Positions 1 to 15,000 of a stretch of 64,000 nt of DNA are shown in pieces. The DNA is from an uncultured Planctomycetia bacterium (GTDB lineage Bacteria > Omnitrophota > Gorgyraeia > 2-01-FULL-45-10 > JAHFGN01). The notes beneath the pieces were generated by a model that was not told the origin of the DNA, did not search any database, and worked only from the letters and a program-made list of their open reading frames with translations. Both the position numbers and the translations under genes were made by a program. Numbering within the stretch: position 1 is the stretch's first letter; every line of letters starts with the position of its first letter. The DNA lies in the NCBI GenBank assembly GCA_964354545.1, contig CAYHAE010000003.1, positions 25,019 through 89,018 on the forward strand, read 5' to 3'.

Positions 1-2
1 AG

Positions 3-3000
3 TCCATCGCCGACCTCTTATTCCTCAACAGGATCCCTCCCGAAGAGCAGCGGTGGGCAGACGTGAACAGGGACGGCGTGATAGATTACTGGGACTATAA
101 CGTCCTCGAGAGGGCGTACGCGATACTCGCGGGCACCACAGGGGATATCAACAGCGACCTTACGGTAGATGCGCAGGATGCTGACATCATCAACGACCTC
201 GCTATCATGCTCAGAGAGGGCGATATCAACGGGGATGGCGTACGCGACGTGGAAGACGAGGTGATCATCTCGCGGGCGATGGGATCCATCCGCACGAAGG
301 TCCTCGCGAAAGACTATTCAACGAGGGGCGCCGCGTTCACCCAGGACGAGGATACTATGTACACAAAGTATACCGAGGGCGTCTCCGGCTATTCTCTCAC
401 CTATGCGTTCGACGTGCCTACCGCAGGATATTACGACATCGGCCTCACGGGAAGGGCCCAGGAGTTCATGACGATACCTGAGGGCGGGAACTACGAGGTC
501 GAGGTGAAGGTGGATGGGACGAGCAAGGGCACTATTACATTGCTCGGGAGCGCGTTCAAGTATAACGAGGGGCTCTTGAAGAAGGTCTATCTCACGAAGG
601 GACAGAAGCAGATAGAGTTTATCTGGAAGAACACCGGGTACGTGACCTACGACCTCGACAAGGACGGCATAAGGTATGAAAACCAAGACCATACGCACCT
701 CGATATCGAAGAGAAGATACCGACGACGTTCCAGGTGAAGGATGTCTTCGTCAAGACGTACACCTTCAATGAGGAAGCCGACCTCAATCGGGACAACAAA
801 GTGGACAGTGCTGACCTGGCTGAATTCAGGGAGGCCCAGGTCTTCTTCGCGCAGTTCCAGAGGTCGGACGTGAACGGCGACGGCATCGTCGATGCGAACG
901 ACGCGCTCGCCTTCCAGATGGCGCCTGCCACGTCGAACACCATCGCCAACGGAGTTCTCAGGGCGAACGGGTTCGAGTACTTCGTCCACTACAATAGAGA
1001 CAACCAAACCTACACGTTCACCGACAGCACATCCACGGACTATTCTACGACGCCTGAGTCCAACATCGTGAGACTCGCCGACGGGAAGCCCTACATTGTC
1101 CTCGGACCGGATCCGGACGGCGAGGTGCGGCTCGTCGAGAAGTTCGCCGCTGATGTGACGAACGACGGTGTCATCGACAGCGTGGATTGGACGGTCGTCG
1201 CGAACGGCGTGATAAATCCTGCGATACGAAAGGAAGCGATCGATTACGTATCGAAGGGCTCGGGGTGGGTCGTGGATGGGAGAGCGCTGAAGGGCTCGGG
1301 AGACCCGCTCGTCTACTCGTTCTACGTAAAGGGTACAGCCACCTATGAAGTAGGCCTCTTCGTGGCAAATGCGGCCGCCCAACTGCCGGAAGAAGGCCAC
1401 CTCTTCGCCTTCGACGTCTATGTCGACGGAGAAGTCGTGAAGTCAGGGACGATCGAGGTTGTGCCCAACATGACGTATGAGGAAGGTTTCATCACTTTAG
1501 CCCTCGGCGCGGGGACCCACGACATAAAGTTCGTCCTCACCAGCACGGGCGACCAAGTGAAGATACCGGAGGTCTTTGTGAGGACTGCCGACAGGAGAGG
1601 AGACCTCAATGGTGACCACTTCGTGGATCTTGCAGACCTCGATATCTTCAAATCCGAGAGGGCGATCTCTTCGTACGTCTATCCCGTAGACCTCGAGCTC
1701 GACGGTGGAGGGCACAAAGAGTACTACCTTGTAAGGAACTTTGACGGCACCTTTGTAATACGGGACAATGCACAAGTCTACCCTGTTGACTGGACCGGGA
1801 AGCTCGTGACGATCGATGGGAACAAGTATCTCGTGGCAGGCCCAGACGGGAACGGCATCACGAAGCTTGTGAAGTACAACTCCGCAGACCTCAACAGGGA
1901 CGGAGAGGTCGATTATCGCGATGCGAAGATCTTCAGGGACGCGTTCGTGAATCCGAAGACCCACCTCGTTAGCGGGTCGACGGTGCTCGCGAGGAACACT
2001 CCGTATGAATTCGACCTCGAGCTGCCCTACGAAGGCGAGTATTACGTCGGACTGTCCGCGAAGGGGCTCGGGTCGGGAGCAGGGAACTTCGATGTCGCGG
2101 TCTACGTCGACGGCGCGCTCTACGGGTATATCACGATACCGGTCAACAACCTCGATTACGTGGACCGGGCGCTGAAGCTCCGCCTCAATCAAGGCTCTCA
2201 CCACGTGCGGTTGATAAACATCTCCACGGGCAGCGCGGGCTCGATAGACGCGAGCGACATCTACCTGTCGTCAGTCGGCGCGGACTTGAATATCGACGGT
2301 ACTCTGAACGGGTCCGATGTCGAGCTCTTCAAGGCCCAGCTCGCCTCCACGAGCGCCACCCACCTCGTCACGCTGCAGGATGCGGCCCAGACCAAGTACT
2401 ACGTGCTCGATAACTTTGACGGCACATACACCCTCGTGGATCAGAACGGCGTGCCATACCAGAGCGATCCGGAGACGAACATGGTCCAGGTGGCAGACGG
2501 CAAGAAGTACAAGATCGTGAGGACGGCGCTCGGCGAGATACGCCTCGTCAATTACCTCCTCCAAGACGTCAACAAGGACGGGGTGGTGAACGAGGACGAC
2601 CTCGTCTACATCCGCACACACATGCAGTTCCAGTCAGTGAGGCACGACGCCTCTGACTTCGCGGCGAGGTCGAGCAGCGATTGGCAATACGCCGCGGACG
2701 CAGACGGGAAATCTCTCATCAATACGAGCGGCGCGGGATCCGTCGATTATACCTTCACTATCGAGAATGACGGGATCTACGACTTCGGCGCCCTTGCCAA
2801 GGATATCTCAGGCTTCGGCGACATCCCCGCGGATTACCACTTTACCTTCAGCGTGATAGTAGACCCGACAGGGGCAAATCTCACCGCCAAGGACATGAGG
2901 GTACCTTATAGCAACACGTCTATGGCGACGGCCACCACAAGGCTCCACCTCACTAAAGGCACGCACACGGTCAGTATACAGTGGACCAACAGGGATGAGT

Positions 3001-6000
3001 CGAGGGTAGCCGCTCACTATGCGTCCCTCAAGCTCGAGGGCGTCTACTTGAGAGACGTCCGTCTCGATCCGTTCTGCGACCTGAACGGTGACATGGTCGT
3101 CGACAGGCTTGACCTCATCCAGTGGCAGCTGAACAATCCTAAGGAAGCCGATTCCCAGAAGGTCCCGGTGGGGAGCGACGCGTACTTTGTGATGAAGCAC
3201 TTCGACGGCACGTATACCTTCTGGGATTCCAATGCGCTTCCGTCTCTCCAGTCGTATGAATCGAGCCTCGATGGCAAGGCCGTGACGCTCAAGGGACAAG
3301 ACTATATCATAAAACCGATCGACGCGAGCGGCAAGGTCTCCCTCACGAAACACATCGCCTCCGATGCGAACTGGGACGGATTCGTAGATTACGGTGACAG
3401 GGCCCTCGTAGAAGACAGCATGAAGTTCTACTCGGTGGGACTCAAAGGCACGGATGCGATCGAAGGGTACTCGGGCTTTGGCATCCCCGGTCAGTCGAAG
3501 TGGCTCATAATGCCGGATGGCGCAGTCGTAGCCCTCGAGAACACCTCTATAAGCTATAAGATCGAAACGGCGGACGAGACTATAGACTATACTCTCGGAT
3601 TCTTCCTTAAAGATATGGTCGAGCAATCCCTGCCAGGATACAGGTTCGAGGTCGATGTCTCCGTTAGCGGACAAAGTACGAAGACGATTCGCATTCCTCA
3701 TTCGACCGAACTGAAGGAAGTAAAGCTCAACGTCGGGAAGCTTGACGCAGGCACGCACACCGTCACTTTCTCGTGGAAGAACGATGCCGAATCCGGTAAA
3801 AAGGCACGCCTGGAACTCCAGGGCCTCTACCTGAGAGATTCCCGCCTCGATGCGCGGGCCGATGTCGATAGCGATGGCGATGTAGACGTCCGCGATTGGA
3901 CGCTATGGCAACAGTTGCGGCCAGATTCTGCCGATATGAGAGACGTGCTCATCACGAAGCCGGATAGAACGACCGAGACCTGGGCCGTTCGGCTCAACTT
4001 CGATGGGACCTTCACCCTCATCGCGCCTGACGGAAAGTTCTACACGACGACCAAGGATTCCAGGCTCGTGACGGTAGGCGAGGCGAAGGCGAGCGCCACC
4101 CAGCCTGCGAACATCGTGCTCATAGGCGCGAAGGCATATGAGGCAAGGGATGTGGCCGGATGGATCAAGCTTTTCGAGAGAGAAGAGATACTGAGCGAGG
4201 TGAAGGACGGTGAGCATACCATCCAGATGGCGAACAGCACCTATTTTGTATCCCGTTCCGGTCCCAACTATATTTTCACCGAAGACGCGGACATTGACCC
4301 GAAAGTCTACACGAGTGTGGGGAATACGCTCGAGGATGTGCTCGTCGGGAGCGACTACGTGACCTATACGATACAGGAAGACAGCTTGAGCCAGGGGATC
4401 CTCCTGTCGAGGGATTTCGAGGCGAGCACGTCGACAGGCCCGATGGCGATACGGTTGGATACCACAGACTATACGATCTCCACGCTCGGCGAGTGGTACG
4501 TATTCAAGTCGGCGAGCGCCGAATATTACAGCCAGCGGTATGTGAACGCGAAAGCCGCGCTCGCGACCGAGGGCACTACCTATGAGGTAATGGTGAATGC
4601 CGCGACCGGAGCGGTCGCCTTAAAGGAAGCCCTTAAAGCAGACACCGATCTCGATGGTGCGATCACGTCGGACGACGGCTCATACATCGCTACAAACGCG
4701 AGACCGTTCCAGGCAAAGAGGATAGCGGTCGAGTACGCCACGAAGGGTACGGGATGGGAAGTGGCCAGAGACGGCATGTCGATGTTCGTAAGACAGAAGG
4801 ATGCGCCGAGCGCCATGACATATAATTTTGGTCAGGCTTCGAAGGGCAGATATACACTCGAGGTCTTTGTGAAGAACGGCTCGCTCGAGGCGCTCCCGAA
4901 AGGCTATGCGTACAAGATATACGCGACCGCGAGCAACGGCGTTGACATTGGTGAGATCGAGGTGGAGGCGACCAACGACGCCTATTCCCGAGGCCTTGCT
5001 ACCTTCGACTCGGACCAGGAATTCCAGAGCATCACCCTGAGATGGGATAACCCTGAAATGGTCGTTGACGAGCTCGCCGCCTTAGAGCTCGGGTCTGTCG
5101 CGCTCAGGAGCGCCGAGGTCGACGCCCGGTGCGACACAAACGGCGACGGCATCGTCGATTCCGATGACATGGTCGAATGGCAGAAGCGCGCCCCGCAAGA
5201 GAGCGTCATGACCTCTCTCGTTATAGGGCCGACTACCTACTACATTGAGAAGGTGATGGCCGATACGCCTTCCTATACCTTCTATAATAGCCTCTCGCAG
5301 AAGGTCGCGACGAGCTACTCCGACGGCATGTTCGTCCAGCTCGGAGGGAAAGAGTATATCATAAGGGAAGACTTCGCGACCGGCGCGCTCACACTGGAAG
5401 AGCATAATCCTATCGATGCGAACCTCGATGGGTTCGTGACGGCCTATGACCAGATGTACGTCGAGATCAACAGCCTCCTGGCCTCTGGGCGCTACGAAGG
5501 CATCGACTATGCCTCGATAGCGGGAGATGCGTGGACCACCGCAGCCGACGGTTCGACGATGGTCACCGAAAAAGACGGCGGTGACGGTACGATCAACTAT
5601 ACGTTCAACACATACGCAGAAGGAACGTACGATGTGGAGGTCACCATACTTAATCCAACGGCCCTCGATCTGAATAACTACACGTACCGAGTAAAGCTCA
5701 GTAGCGAGGCCGGGCTTCTGGGCACTTACATGATCAGGTCACCTGCTGCCGGCCAGACGGCGAAAGCGCTCTTGAAGGGGGTGCCGATGGGAGCCGGAGC
5801 TAATAATTTGACACTCGAGTGGGAGAACAGCGAAGAGTCGGGAGGCCTCGCGAAACTCGGCATAGTCGCTCTCTCCGTGAGAGACTCGCGGCAGGATATC
5901 CTGTGCGACATGACAGGAGATGGGGTTGTGAACGAGAAGGACCTCATCGCATGGGAGGACAGCGCTCCGAGAGAGCTCGATATGAGAAAAGTGGTGCTCA

Positions 6001-9000
6001 GTGTCGACGGCGCGAATAAGGACCTCTTCGTGAAGACGTATCCGGACGGCTCCTACCTTGTCTACAACGACCAGGCACAGCCGACGCGGAGCGTCGGGAA
6101 TATCGTTGAACTCTTCAGCAAGAAGTACATCATCCAGGAGAACGTCGATGGGACCGTTGGGATGAAGGAGAAGCCGACCGAGGATGTGAACGCGGACGGC
6201 ATCGTCGACGGCTCTGACCTCGATGCGTTGAAAGCGTCCATGGCGCTCTCGTCCATGAGGATCACGCCTGTCTACAGCACCGAGGTGGGGGTAGAGTGGA
6301 CTGACGTGAAGGTAGCGAGATCAGGATACTATTCGCTCGGCATGCGTGTCCAGGGGACGAGCGCAACTGCGCCATTCGATAAGTTCAATATCCTCGTCAA
6401 GGTCGACGGAGATGCGGAGGGGAGCTTATTAGTAGACTACGACTACCAGAAAGAGCAGTGCGGGGAGACGTTCATATATCTCTCGGCAGGGACGACCCAT
6501 ACCATAACCGTGAAGGTCAACAACAAGGCACCCGGCATTGAGGATGATGCGAAGATAGACGTAAAGAGCGTCTACCTGCGCGATGCCTCGATCGAACCGT
6601 ACGCGGACCTCAATGGCGATTCGATCGTGGACAGGGCCGACCTCATCGCGTGGCACAATGCGGTCCCGGACGAGGCGCTCGCATGGAAACTCTCCATGGA
6701 AGTGCTTGGAGTACCCAAGACTTACTACCTCAAGGCCTATGCTGACGGAACCTGGGCAGTGTACGACACTGCGCTTGTGTCCTTGCCAGTCAACGGTTCC
6801 CTCGTCACCATAGACACCAGAGACTATATAATCCTGAAGGATGCCCAAGGCGCGCCGATGCTCAAAGAGCACCTCATCCAGGACGTGAATTTCGACGGGG
6901 CGGTGAATGCGACAGACGCGGAGCTGATAAAAGCCGGATTGGGGACAAAGCTGGGTGACGCGGGCTTCAATACTAACCTCGACCTCACTAAGGACAACGA
7001 GGTCAACGGCGATGACCTCAAGAAGTTCCAGGAACTCGTCCCCTCATCGCAGGACATCCTGAAGACCACACTCACGAGGAGCGGACTCCTCGACGTGTAT
7101 CTCTTGAAGAATCCGGACGGCACGTATACTTTGACCGATGGATATGTCCTGTTCGGGCCCACCGATTCCAAGAACAGGGTTACTATGGACGGGAAGGTCT
7201 ATGAGGTGGTGGCAGCACAGGATGGGACGACCATAATCCAAGAGGTGATGAAGGCGGATCTGAACGGCGACAACTTAGTAAATGCGAGCGACGACCTCAT
7301 CATCAATAGCGCCATCGGTTCTTTCGCAATACCGGTTAAGGCGCCGAATCAATTCCACGCGAAGGACGGTTTCGCGGTCTCGGACAAGCCGTCGGAGACA
7401 TCGCTCCACTCCACCGGAGGGGTCGCCAATTACACCCTCGACTATGAATATAATATAGAAGGCACAGGGACTTACAATATAGGGTTGTACGCGAGGGGGA
7501 GAGTCCCGCGCGACTACGGAGCCTACCTCTTCGAGGTCTATATCGATGGACGGACACTGCCCTCAGGTGAATTCGAGGTCCGCGCCGACGACCTGGAATC
7601 TCAGAGAGGAATAGTCAAGATCCGCCTCACGAACGGCGAACACACGATACGGTTCAAGTGGAAGAACCCGAACGCCTCCGTCGAGATCACCGGGGTCATA
7701 GTGGAAGACGAGAAGTATGATGTGAGGGCGGACCTCAATAACGACGGCAGGGTAAACTCCGGCGACCTCGATATCTACACACCGCTTAGAAATGCGCAGA
7801 CGGTAGGCGCGACGTACACGACGGAGAGCGGCATCCACATATCCATAGGCGGGACCCTCTATTCTGTTACGGAAGCGGGGAACGAATTCACCTTTACAGA
7901 CCTGGCGAGCGTCCCTCGCACCACGGTCCAGAAGAAGATCGCCTTCGGGCCTAAGAGCTATATGGTGACGAAAGATGCGGCGAACAACATCGTATTATAC
8001 GAAACCCAAAATACCGGCAATGCGACGAGCGACAGAACGATCTTCATAAAAGGAAACGTCTATACCGTGACCGAGCCTACGCTCGGAAATTACACGTTCA
8101 GCGGTACGCCGCCCGCGACCGTCTCAGGCAGCGAGGTCATCGTGAGCGGCACCACCTATCTCATACAGGAAGTCGAGGAGACCATAGTCCTGAAGGACAA
8201 GCTTGACCCCGGGACCCAAGTAACCGGTACAAGGAATATCACCATCGATGGATATCTCTATACCGTTGGTGAGCCTACCGCGGGGAACTACACCCTTACG
8301 AGAGTGGGGACCACCGCGCCCATACCTACCGTCGACAATGCCGCGGGAACAGTGACGCTGGGCGCGGCCACATACGACATAGTCACGGTAGACCCTGAAC
8401 GGCACATCGAACTGCTGCGAAGGACCGATGCGGCGCGGGAGAAGGCCGGCAGGTTCATGAATGTCCAGGGCGAGCTCTACAGGATAGAAAAGGCGGGCGC
8501 GGAACACGTATTCTCGAAGATCACCGGCACCTACACCACCACGAGCATAAGCCAAGAAGTAGATATCGCAGGGGTCCGCTACAGCGTGTACGTGGATTCC
8601 AAAGGCTATGTGAGCGTGCGGGAGATGCGTGATGCCGGCACCGAGAGCGCGTACTCGGACATCGTGATCGACGGCATTGCTTATCGTGTGAGCGGTACGG
8701 TGGGCAACTATTCCCTCGCGAGCCTCAAATCAGGCGTCCCTGATCCAGTGGTGAACAATCCTGCCAAGACGGTGACCGTGGGCAGCATAGTCTACTCGAT
8801 AGTGCCATCGAGCATTGACGGGAAGATCATGCTCATCCCGACCATGACAAAGTACGACGCGTCTGGTGACCGCATCATGACGATCGACGGCATAGGGCAC
8901 CTTGTCTCCAAGACCGGCGAGGACTGGAGCCTCACAAAGCAGAGCACGGGCGGGCTGCCTGCCATTGTGGACAACGTGCAGGATATCGTCACCGTGGGCA

Positions 9001-12000
9001 CCAAGCTCTATGCGATGAGCGAGGTAGAAGGAAAGCTTGTTCTCACAGAGGTGAGCGTGCACGGGAAAGAGGACGAGGAGGGGGTCGTTGATAAGATAAA
9101 CAAGTACGTCTGGATCAACGATGTCGTCTATAAGGTAGTTGCCGCGTTCAACGGAGATACGCATACCTATGACTTTGACTTCATCGCAGTGCAGGGGACG
9201 TCTCAGGTGAGCGAGATAGATAATATCAATAAGACGGTCACCATCAACGGCAAGAAATACCAGGTCACCAGGCTCGATTCGGGTATAATGATCGAACTCT
9301 CCCCTGTTGACAGGGAATCGACGGCGCTTGCGAAGAAGGTCGTGGAGATGGACGGCCTGTTGTATGAGATAGGCGGCACGACCGGTGCCTGGACCGTCAC
9401 AAAGATAAGCCAAGCCGCAGGGTCTACGGTCACGGTGAATAACCAGGATAATACGATATCCTTTGGGACACGGGTCTTCCTCGTCTCCCTCGACCCCATC
9501 AATAATGCCGCCACTCTCAGGCTCAAGCCTCAAGAGAGCACCCAGCTCTATAACCAGATCGTGGAATTGGACGGCACCACGTACAAGATCACGAGGAGAG
9601 ATCTGGGCTATGAGTTCGTAAAGGATGGGGCGTCTCCTGTGCAGGGTACCTTTACCACCGTCTATTTAGATAATACCATCTACGACATATCCCTGGACCC
9701 TGTCACGAAGGACTTACGGGTGACAAGGAAGCTCATCGTCGGGTCTCCTCTCGGCAGCGGCGTCATCCTCGAGAATATGACCTATACCGTTGACCGGAGA
9801 GAGGACGGCACGCTCCTCTTCTCCAATACCCTCACCCAGGAGTCGTACGAAAGCGAGAAGCGCGGGAAGTTCGTCCAGATAGAAGGCAGGGTCTTCGAGA
9901 TATCACGGGATATCCAGGACAGGATCTCTCTGCGGGAGATCCTGAAACCCGACGTGAACGACGACGGATTCGTGGACTCCCAGGATGCAATGGTCATCGA
10001 TGTGAATATCACGAGGCAGGCCTACATGAACAAGTCCGACATCGATGCGAACAGCGTGATAGATTTCAACGATTACGACAACTTCTTGGAGATCCTGAGG
10101 CTAAGGGACTTAGGTTATATCGGAAGCCCCGCAGACCTCCAGCGCCTGAGGAGGATCACGGATTACGCGTACAATACCTACCTCCAGAACAAGGCCCTCG
10201 AATTCGATGAGAGAAAGAATACGAAGTGGTCGGGAGGGGCAACTCCTATGGGAGAATTCGGCTCGCAGACCGGGTCTATGATGAACAACGGGTACATCGA
10301 AGAGGGCGAGGTCGAGGAGTTCAGGCGCGCCTATGCGGCGATAGGCAAGTACCTCTACGACTTCACCGATGACAAGGTGATAGACGAACAGGACGCCGAG
10401 TGGCTCAAGAAACTGTCCGAGATCATGGACGTTTATTACAGATATAACGACATGGGGTTCGACCTCGTTGCGGCGCGCGACAAGGCTGACGTGAACGACG
10501 TCGACGGCGATGGACAGGCGGAGGGCGACGGGGTGGTCGACGATGCCGACAAGGCGCTCATCCTCTACAGCTGGGCCAACTACTCCAAGTTCAACTTCAA
10601 TCCTGAGATCGATAGAGCGGGAATAGTCGATTCGGTCGATGTCGACTTTGTGCGGCGGATGTACGAGCTCATATGGCCGGGCGCCTATGAGACAAGGCCG
10701 TCGACGTTATGGCCGGAAGGTCCTGTTATGGAAGGGAGACGCCACGCCGCCCGCGCGGACGTGAAGACAGACTTCACGCAGTCCGTGGATACGGTCTGGT
10801 CAAAGACGCAGGACGCGTCTCTTACCTATGCCTTTACCACGGATACGCCGGGCGATTACTATGTCGGGCTCTCGGCGAAGAGCTATCAGAACGGCTTCCT
10901 GCCCGATAAGTTCCAGTACGTGGTTGCCGTGTACATCGACGGCGTCTACAGGACCACGGTACGCGTGAACGGGACGACCGGGAACAGGTACCTTGAGGGC
11001 TCGCGCCTCGTCACCCTTGAGAAAGGCGTGCACACGGTGCGGTTCGAGTTCAAGAACCTGTCGGACGTCATATCGGTCCACGTGGGAGAGGTCTTCCTCA
11101 ACAAGACCGGCTTCTCGCTCACCAAGTTCGATGTGAACGAGGACGGGAGGATAGGCGTTGACGATGCGGACACGCTGGAAGATATCATTCGGCTCTATAA
11201 CGTGAACGGCCTCAGCGGGGTAGACATCGACGACGTGGACCTCATACGGTCATATGCGGGGAAGAGGTTCGGAGAGCCGGAGTACCGTCCCGAGATGGAC
11301 CTGAACGGCGACGGCAAGATCTCGAACGAGGATGCCGATATCCTCGCGGCGACGATCGTCAGGCACGACAACAATAACGACGGCGTGCTCAATTCGTCCT
11401 TCATCAACGACCAGAAAAATGACGTCGATAGAGTAAGGGATGTGGGGTACTTCTACACAAATGAGCTCATGATGCAGAAGGACTCTTCCGGAAGATACCT
11501 GCTCGACTTCAACGACGACGGGAAGGTCGATATCCTCGACAGGGCGTACTACGCCGAGGCGATGAGCGCGGTCGATCTCGACGGCGACAGGAAGATCACG
11601 AGGGGCGATCTCGACGTGATGGATAAGATCATCGCGCTCGTCAATCTGGCCGTCAATCCCGACGAGGAGCGTCGCGCTGATATCACGGGAGACACGACCT
11701 ATACCGTGGGAGACGGGACCTCGCATAAAGTCCAGGGTCCGAGGCTCGGCACCATAAAGGTGAAGGGCTCAGATTTCGACATCGTGATAGACAACATCAC
11801 AGGTGAGGCGATGCTCGCGGAGCACCATGCGGAATCAGAGCCTCTCGTGGGCAAGAACGTTGTCTATCGCGGCCAGTTCTATAACGTGACAAAGGACTCC
11901 GCGGGCAGGTTCATCGTGAACGACGGGTCGAGGTCGTTCGTAAGCGAACCGGGAATAGACGAAGTCACGATCGACGGGAACAGGGTGGCGGTAACGGAAG

Positions 12001-15000
12001 ATCCGATCACGGGCGCTGTCACCATCGCCGACGTGCCCGAGAAGAGCACGCTCCTCTCTATCGCGACCGTCGAGGTTGACGGGGTGAAGTACTTTGTGAC
12101 AAAGGACAGAGAGCGGGAGAGGTACCTGTTCTCTGACGGAGTCCGCACGGCAGGGTCCAACCCGTACACGAAGAAGGTGAAGCTCAACGGCATCACCTAT
12201 ACCATTGCCGAGGTCGCGGATAAGCTCTCGTTGTCGAGAACACCGCCGCTCGCCATTGCGCCCGTAGCCAGCAAAGTGACTGTCGGCGAGTCGGAATACA
12301 GCTTCACAAGGATTGCCGCCTATGATTATAAGTTCACGAATACCGCCACCGGAAAAGCCTATACGAGCGACTCCCTGTCCCATGCGGTGGTGATAGACGG
12401 CGTCACCTTTGAGATTGTTGAGGCCGCAGGGGCACTCTCGTCCCTTAAGGAGATGTCCGCTACGAAGACCATTGCGGACGGCATCGTTTCGGTCGACGGG
12501 CTCGAATACTTCTATAAGGCAAATCCGGACGGGACCTATACCCTCGCGAGAGGGACGACCGGGATCTTGAGCGACGAACGGGGAGGCTCCATCGTCATCA
12601 ACGGATACACGTACGATATCACAAAGAGCGCGGACAGCTGCCACATCGTCCTGTCGGCGAGCGTTTCCAGGTCGAGCCACGTGGCCGATGAGGTCATCGA
12701 GCTCGTCCAGGACTACCAGGATATCAAGACCGCGGGGAGGCGCTACAGGGTCGTGAAGAATGAGGACGGAGAGACCCACACGTTTATCGATGGAACTCGG
12801 GAATATAAGTCGAAGATAGACGGTCCCGACGAGGTCATCGACTTCTCCTTTGGGAAGTTCAAAGTGACAGAGGATGGGAGCGGAGACGTGACACTGCAGG
12901 AGACGATACCGGCCGATGTCGATCCGTCGTTCGCGTACACCTCTCAGAAGGTGGCCGACCAGGTGATATGCGTGAACGGGACCGAGTATGAGGTGAAGAA
13001 TAACGGCGCCGGGTCCTATACGGTCACGAGGGGGATTTATTCGACGACCGGAACGACCGCGACCTCCATCACGGTGGACGACAAGGCGTACAGCATTGCC
13101 GAGACGACTGAGGGGATCGAGCTTACGCTCATCACGAAGCCGGTAGTCAATGACACTGCCCTCCAGGTGATACGGTCGAGCGGAGATGATTATAAGGTCA
13201 CCTATGACACCGCGTACCACTTCAATAAGGTAACCGACGGCACGCCGCTCAGCACCGCGGGGTACACTATTGTGACCCTGAACGCCCCTGCTCACCGGGT
13301 ACAGCTCTCCAAGACGTACGGCACGGCAGAGACCGTCACCGTGGACCAGGAGATCGACCAGTCCGTCGTGCTAGGGAAGAGGATCTATGACGTGGTGAAG
13401 AAGGCCGACAATTCCTACGAGCTCTTCGAGAACGGACTTATGAAGGCGAAAGGCACAGAGACGCTCGCGGTGGACGGCGTCACATACGCGATAAAGGATA
13501 ATCCGCGCGAAAAAGGAAAGATCGACCTTGTGGAAGTAGTTCAGGACACATCGGCACCCATCGCTCTACAGGCGGTGAGGCTGAACGGGAGGCTCTACAC
13601 CGTGACAAGGGATCCGGATACAGGAGACTACTTCGTATCAGACGGGAAGGCCACTTATAAGAGCCACAGGCTCAAGGAATCCACGGTCTACCAGCTCACC
13701 GCTCTCGCGGCGACCAACTTTATCCATATCGACGGCATGACGTTCGCCGTCACCGATGACGAGGTGACAAAAGGCTACAAATTAGTGCAGCTCTACGATA
13801 AGTCCACCATGCTCTCATTCAGGCAGGAGTTCAAGGTGAATGAGACCACTTATGCCTGGTGGTACGATTACAACGAGAAGCTCTACGTATTTCTGGATAA
13901 GGCGACCGGATGGACCTACTCAAGCGACAAACCTCTGGCGACGGTGAGGCTGGAGGGCGGGATACTCTACGATATCACCGTCGACCACACGACCAAAGAG
14001 CTGAGCCTCGCGGAGCGCCGGAGCGGCCAGGCAGCGGTCAACGGCATCGTGGAATTGGCCGGGAAGACCTATAAGATCGTGAAGAGGGGCCTCAAGACGT
14101 ATGATTTCATCCTCACCGTGGCGGGCATTGAGACGCAGACCGTCTACCACAGCTACCTCGCCGCAGGCGCGCACAGCGTCACTATCACGGGCGACCCGTC
14201 GAGGACCTATTCGATAACCAAAGAGACGGTGAATGACGTTGACTATGTCACGCTGCAGGAAGTGACGATGTTCACGTCGAACGACACCAAAGACAGCATT
14301 CAGCTTGGCGGAAAGACATACTCTATCACGCAGGTGGGCGACGTGTACAAGTTCCAGGATACCGTCTTTCTATTGGTCTACATGAGCGATCCGGACGGCA
14401 CCCTGAGGATAGGCAAGACCACCTATATGATCACGACGAAACCCAATAGTCTCGAGCTCGCCAAACAATGTGTGTCCATACCAAAGGAGACGCCCATCGA
14501 GGTTTCGGGCGTCTACTACATCGTCACCTATGACTATCTCACCGGAAAGTATGCGTTCAGCGATGGGTTCAACCGATATGAATCTGTCGGCGACGACAGG
14601 AAGCTGGTGACCATCGGGACGAAGGACTATGCGATCTCGAGAAACTCCGCGACCAACGTCATCACGCTCACGGAAGACACGAAAGGCAGGCCGATCCAGT
14701 TCACCTCGAGAGGCGGGAAGACCGAGGTAACGCTCGACGACGGCATCACCTATTCTCTCCACGCCCGCGCCGACGGCCGATATAGCCTCTCTACGAATCT
14801 GGCTACATACCATTCCGAGAGCCCGGACGCACTTCAGGTCGAAAAGGATACTTACACGATCACGTCCGACGCGAGCGGAGAGCTCATCTTCACGCGGCGT
14901 ATCGTGAGCGTCCCGGTAGAAGGCCAGCTCGTGAAGCTCTACAGCCAGTTCTACTCGGTGAAGCCGGACGGAAACGGCAGGGTGGATGAGAAGGATACGG

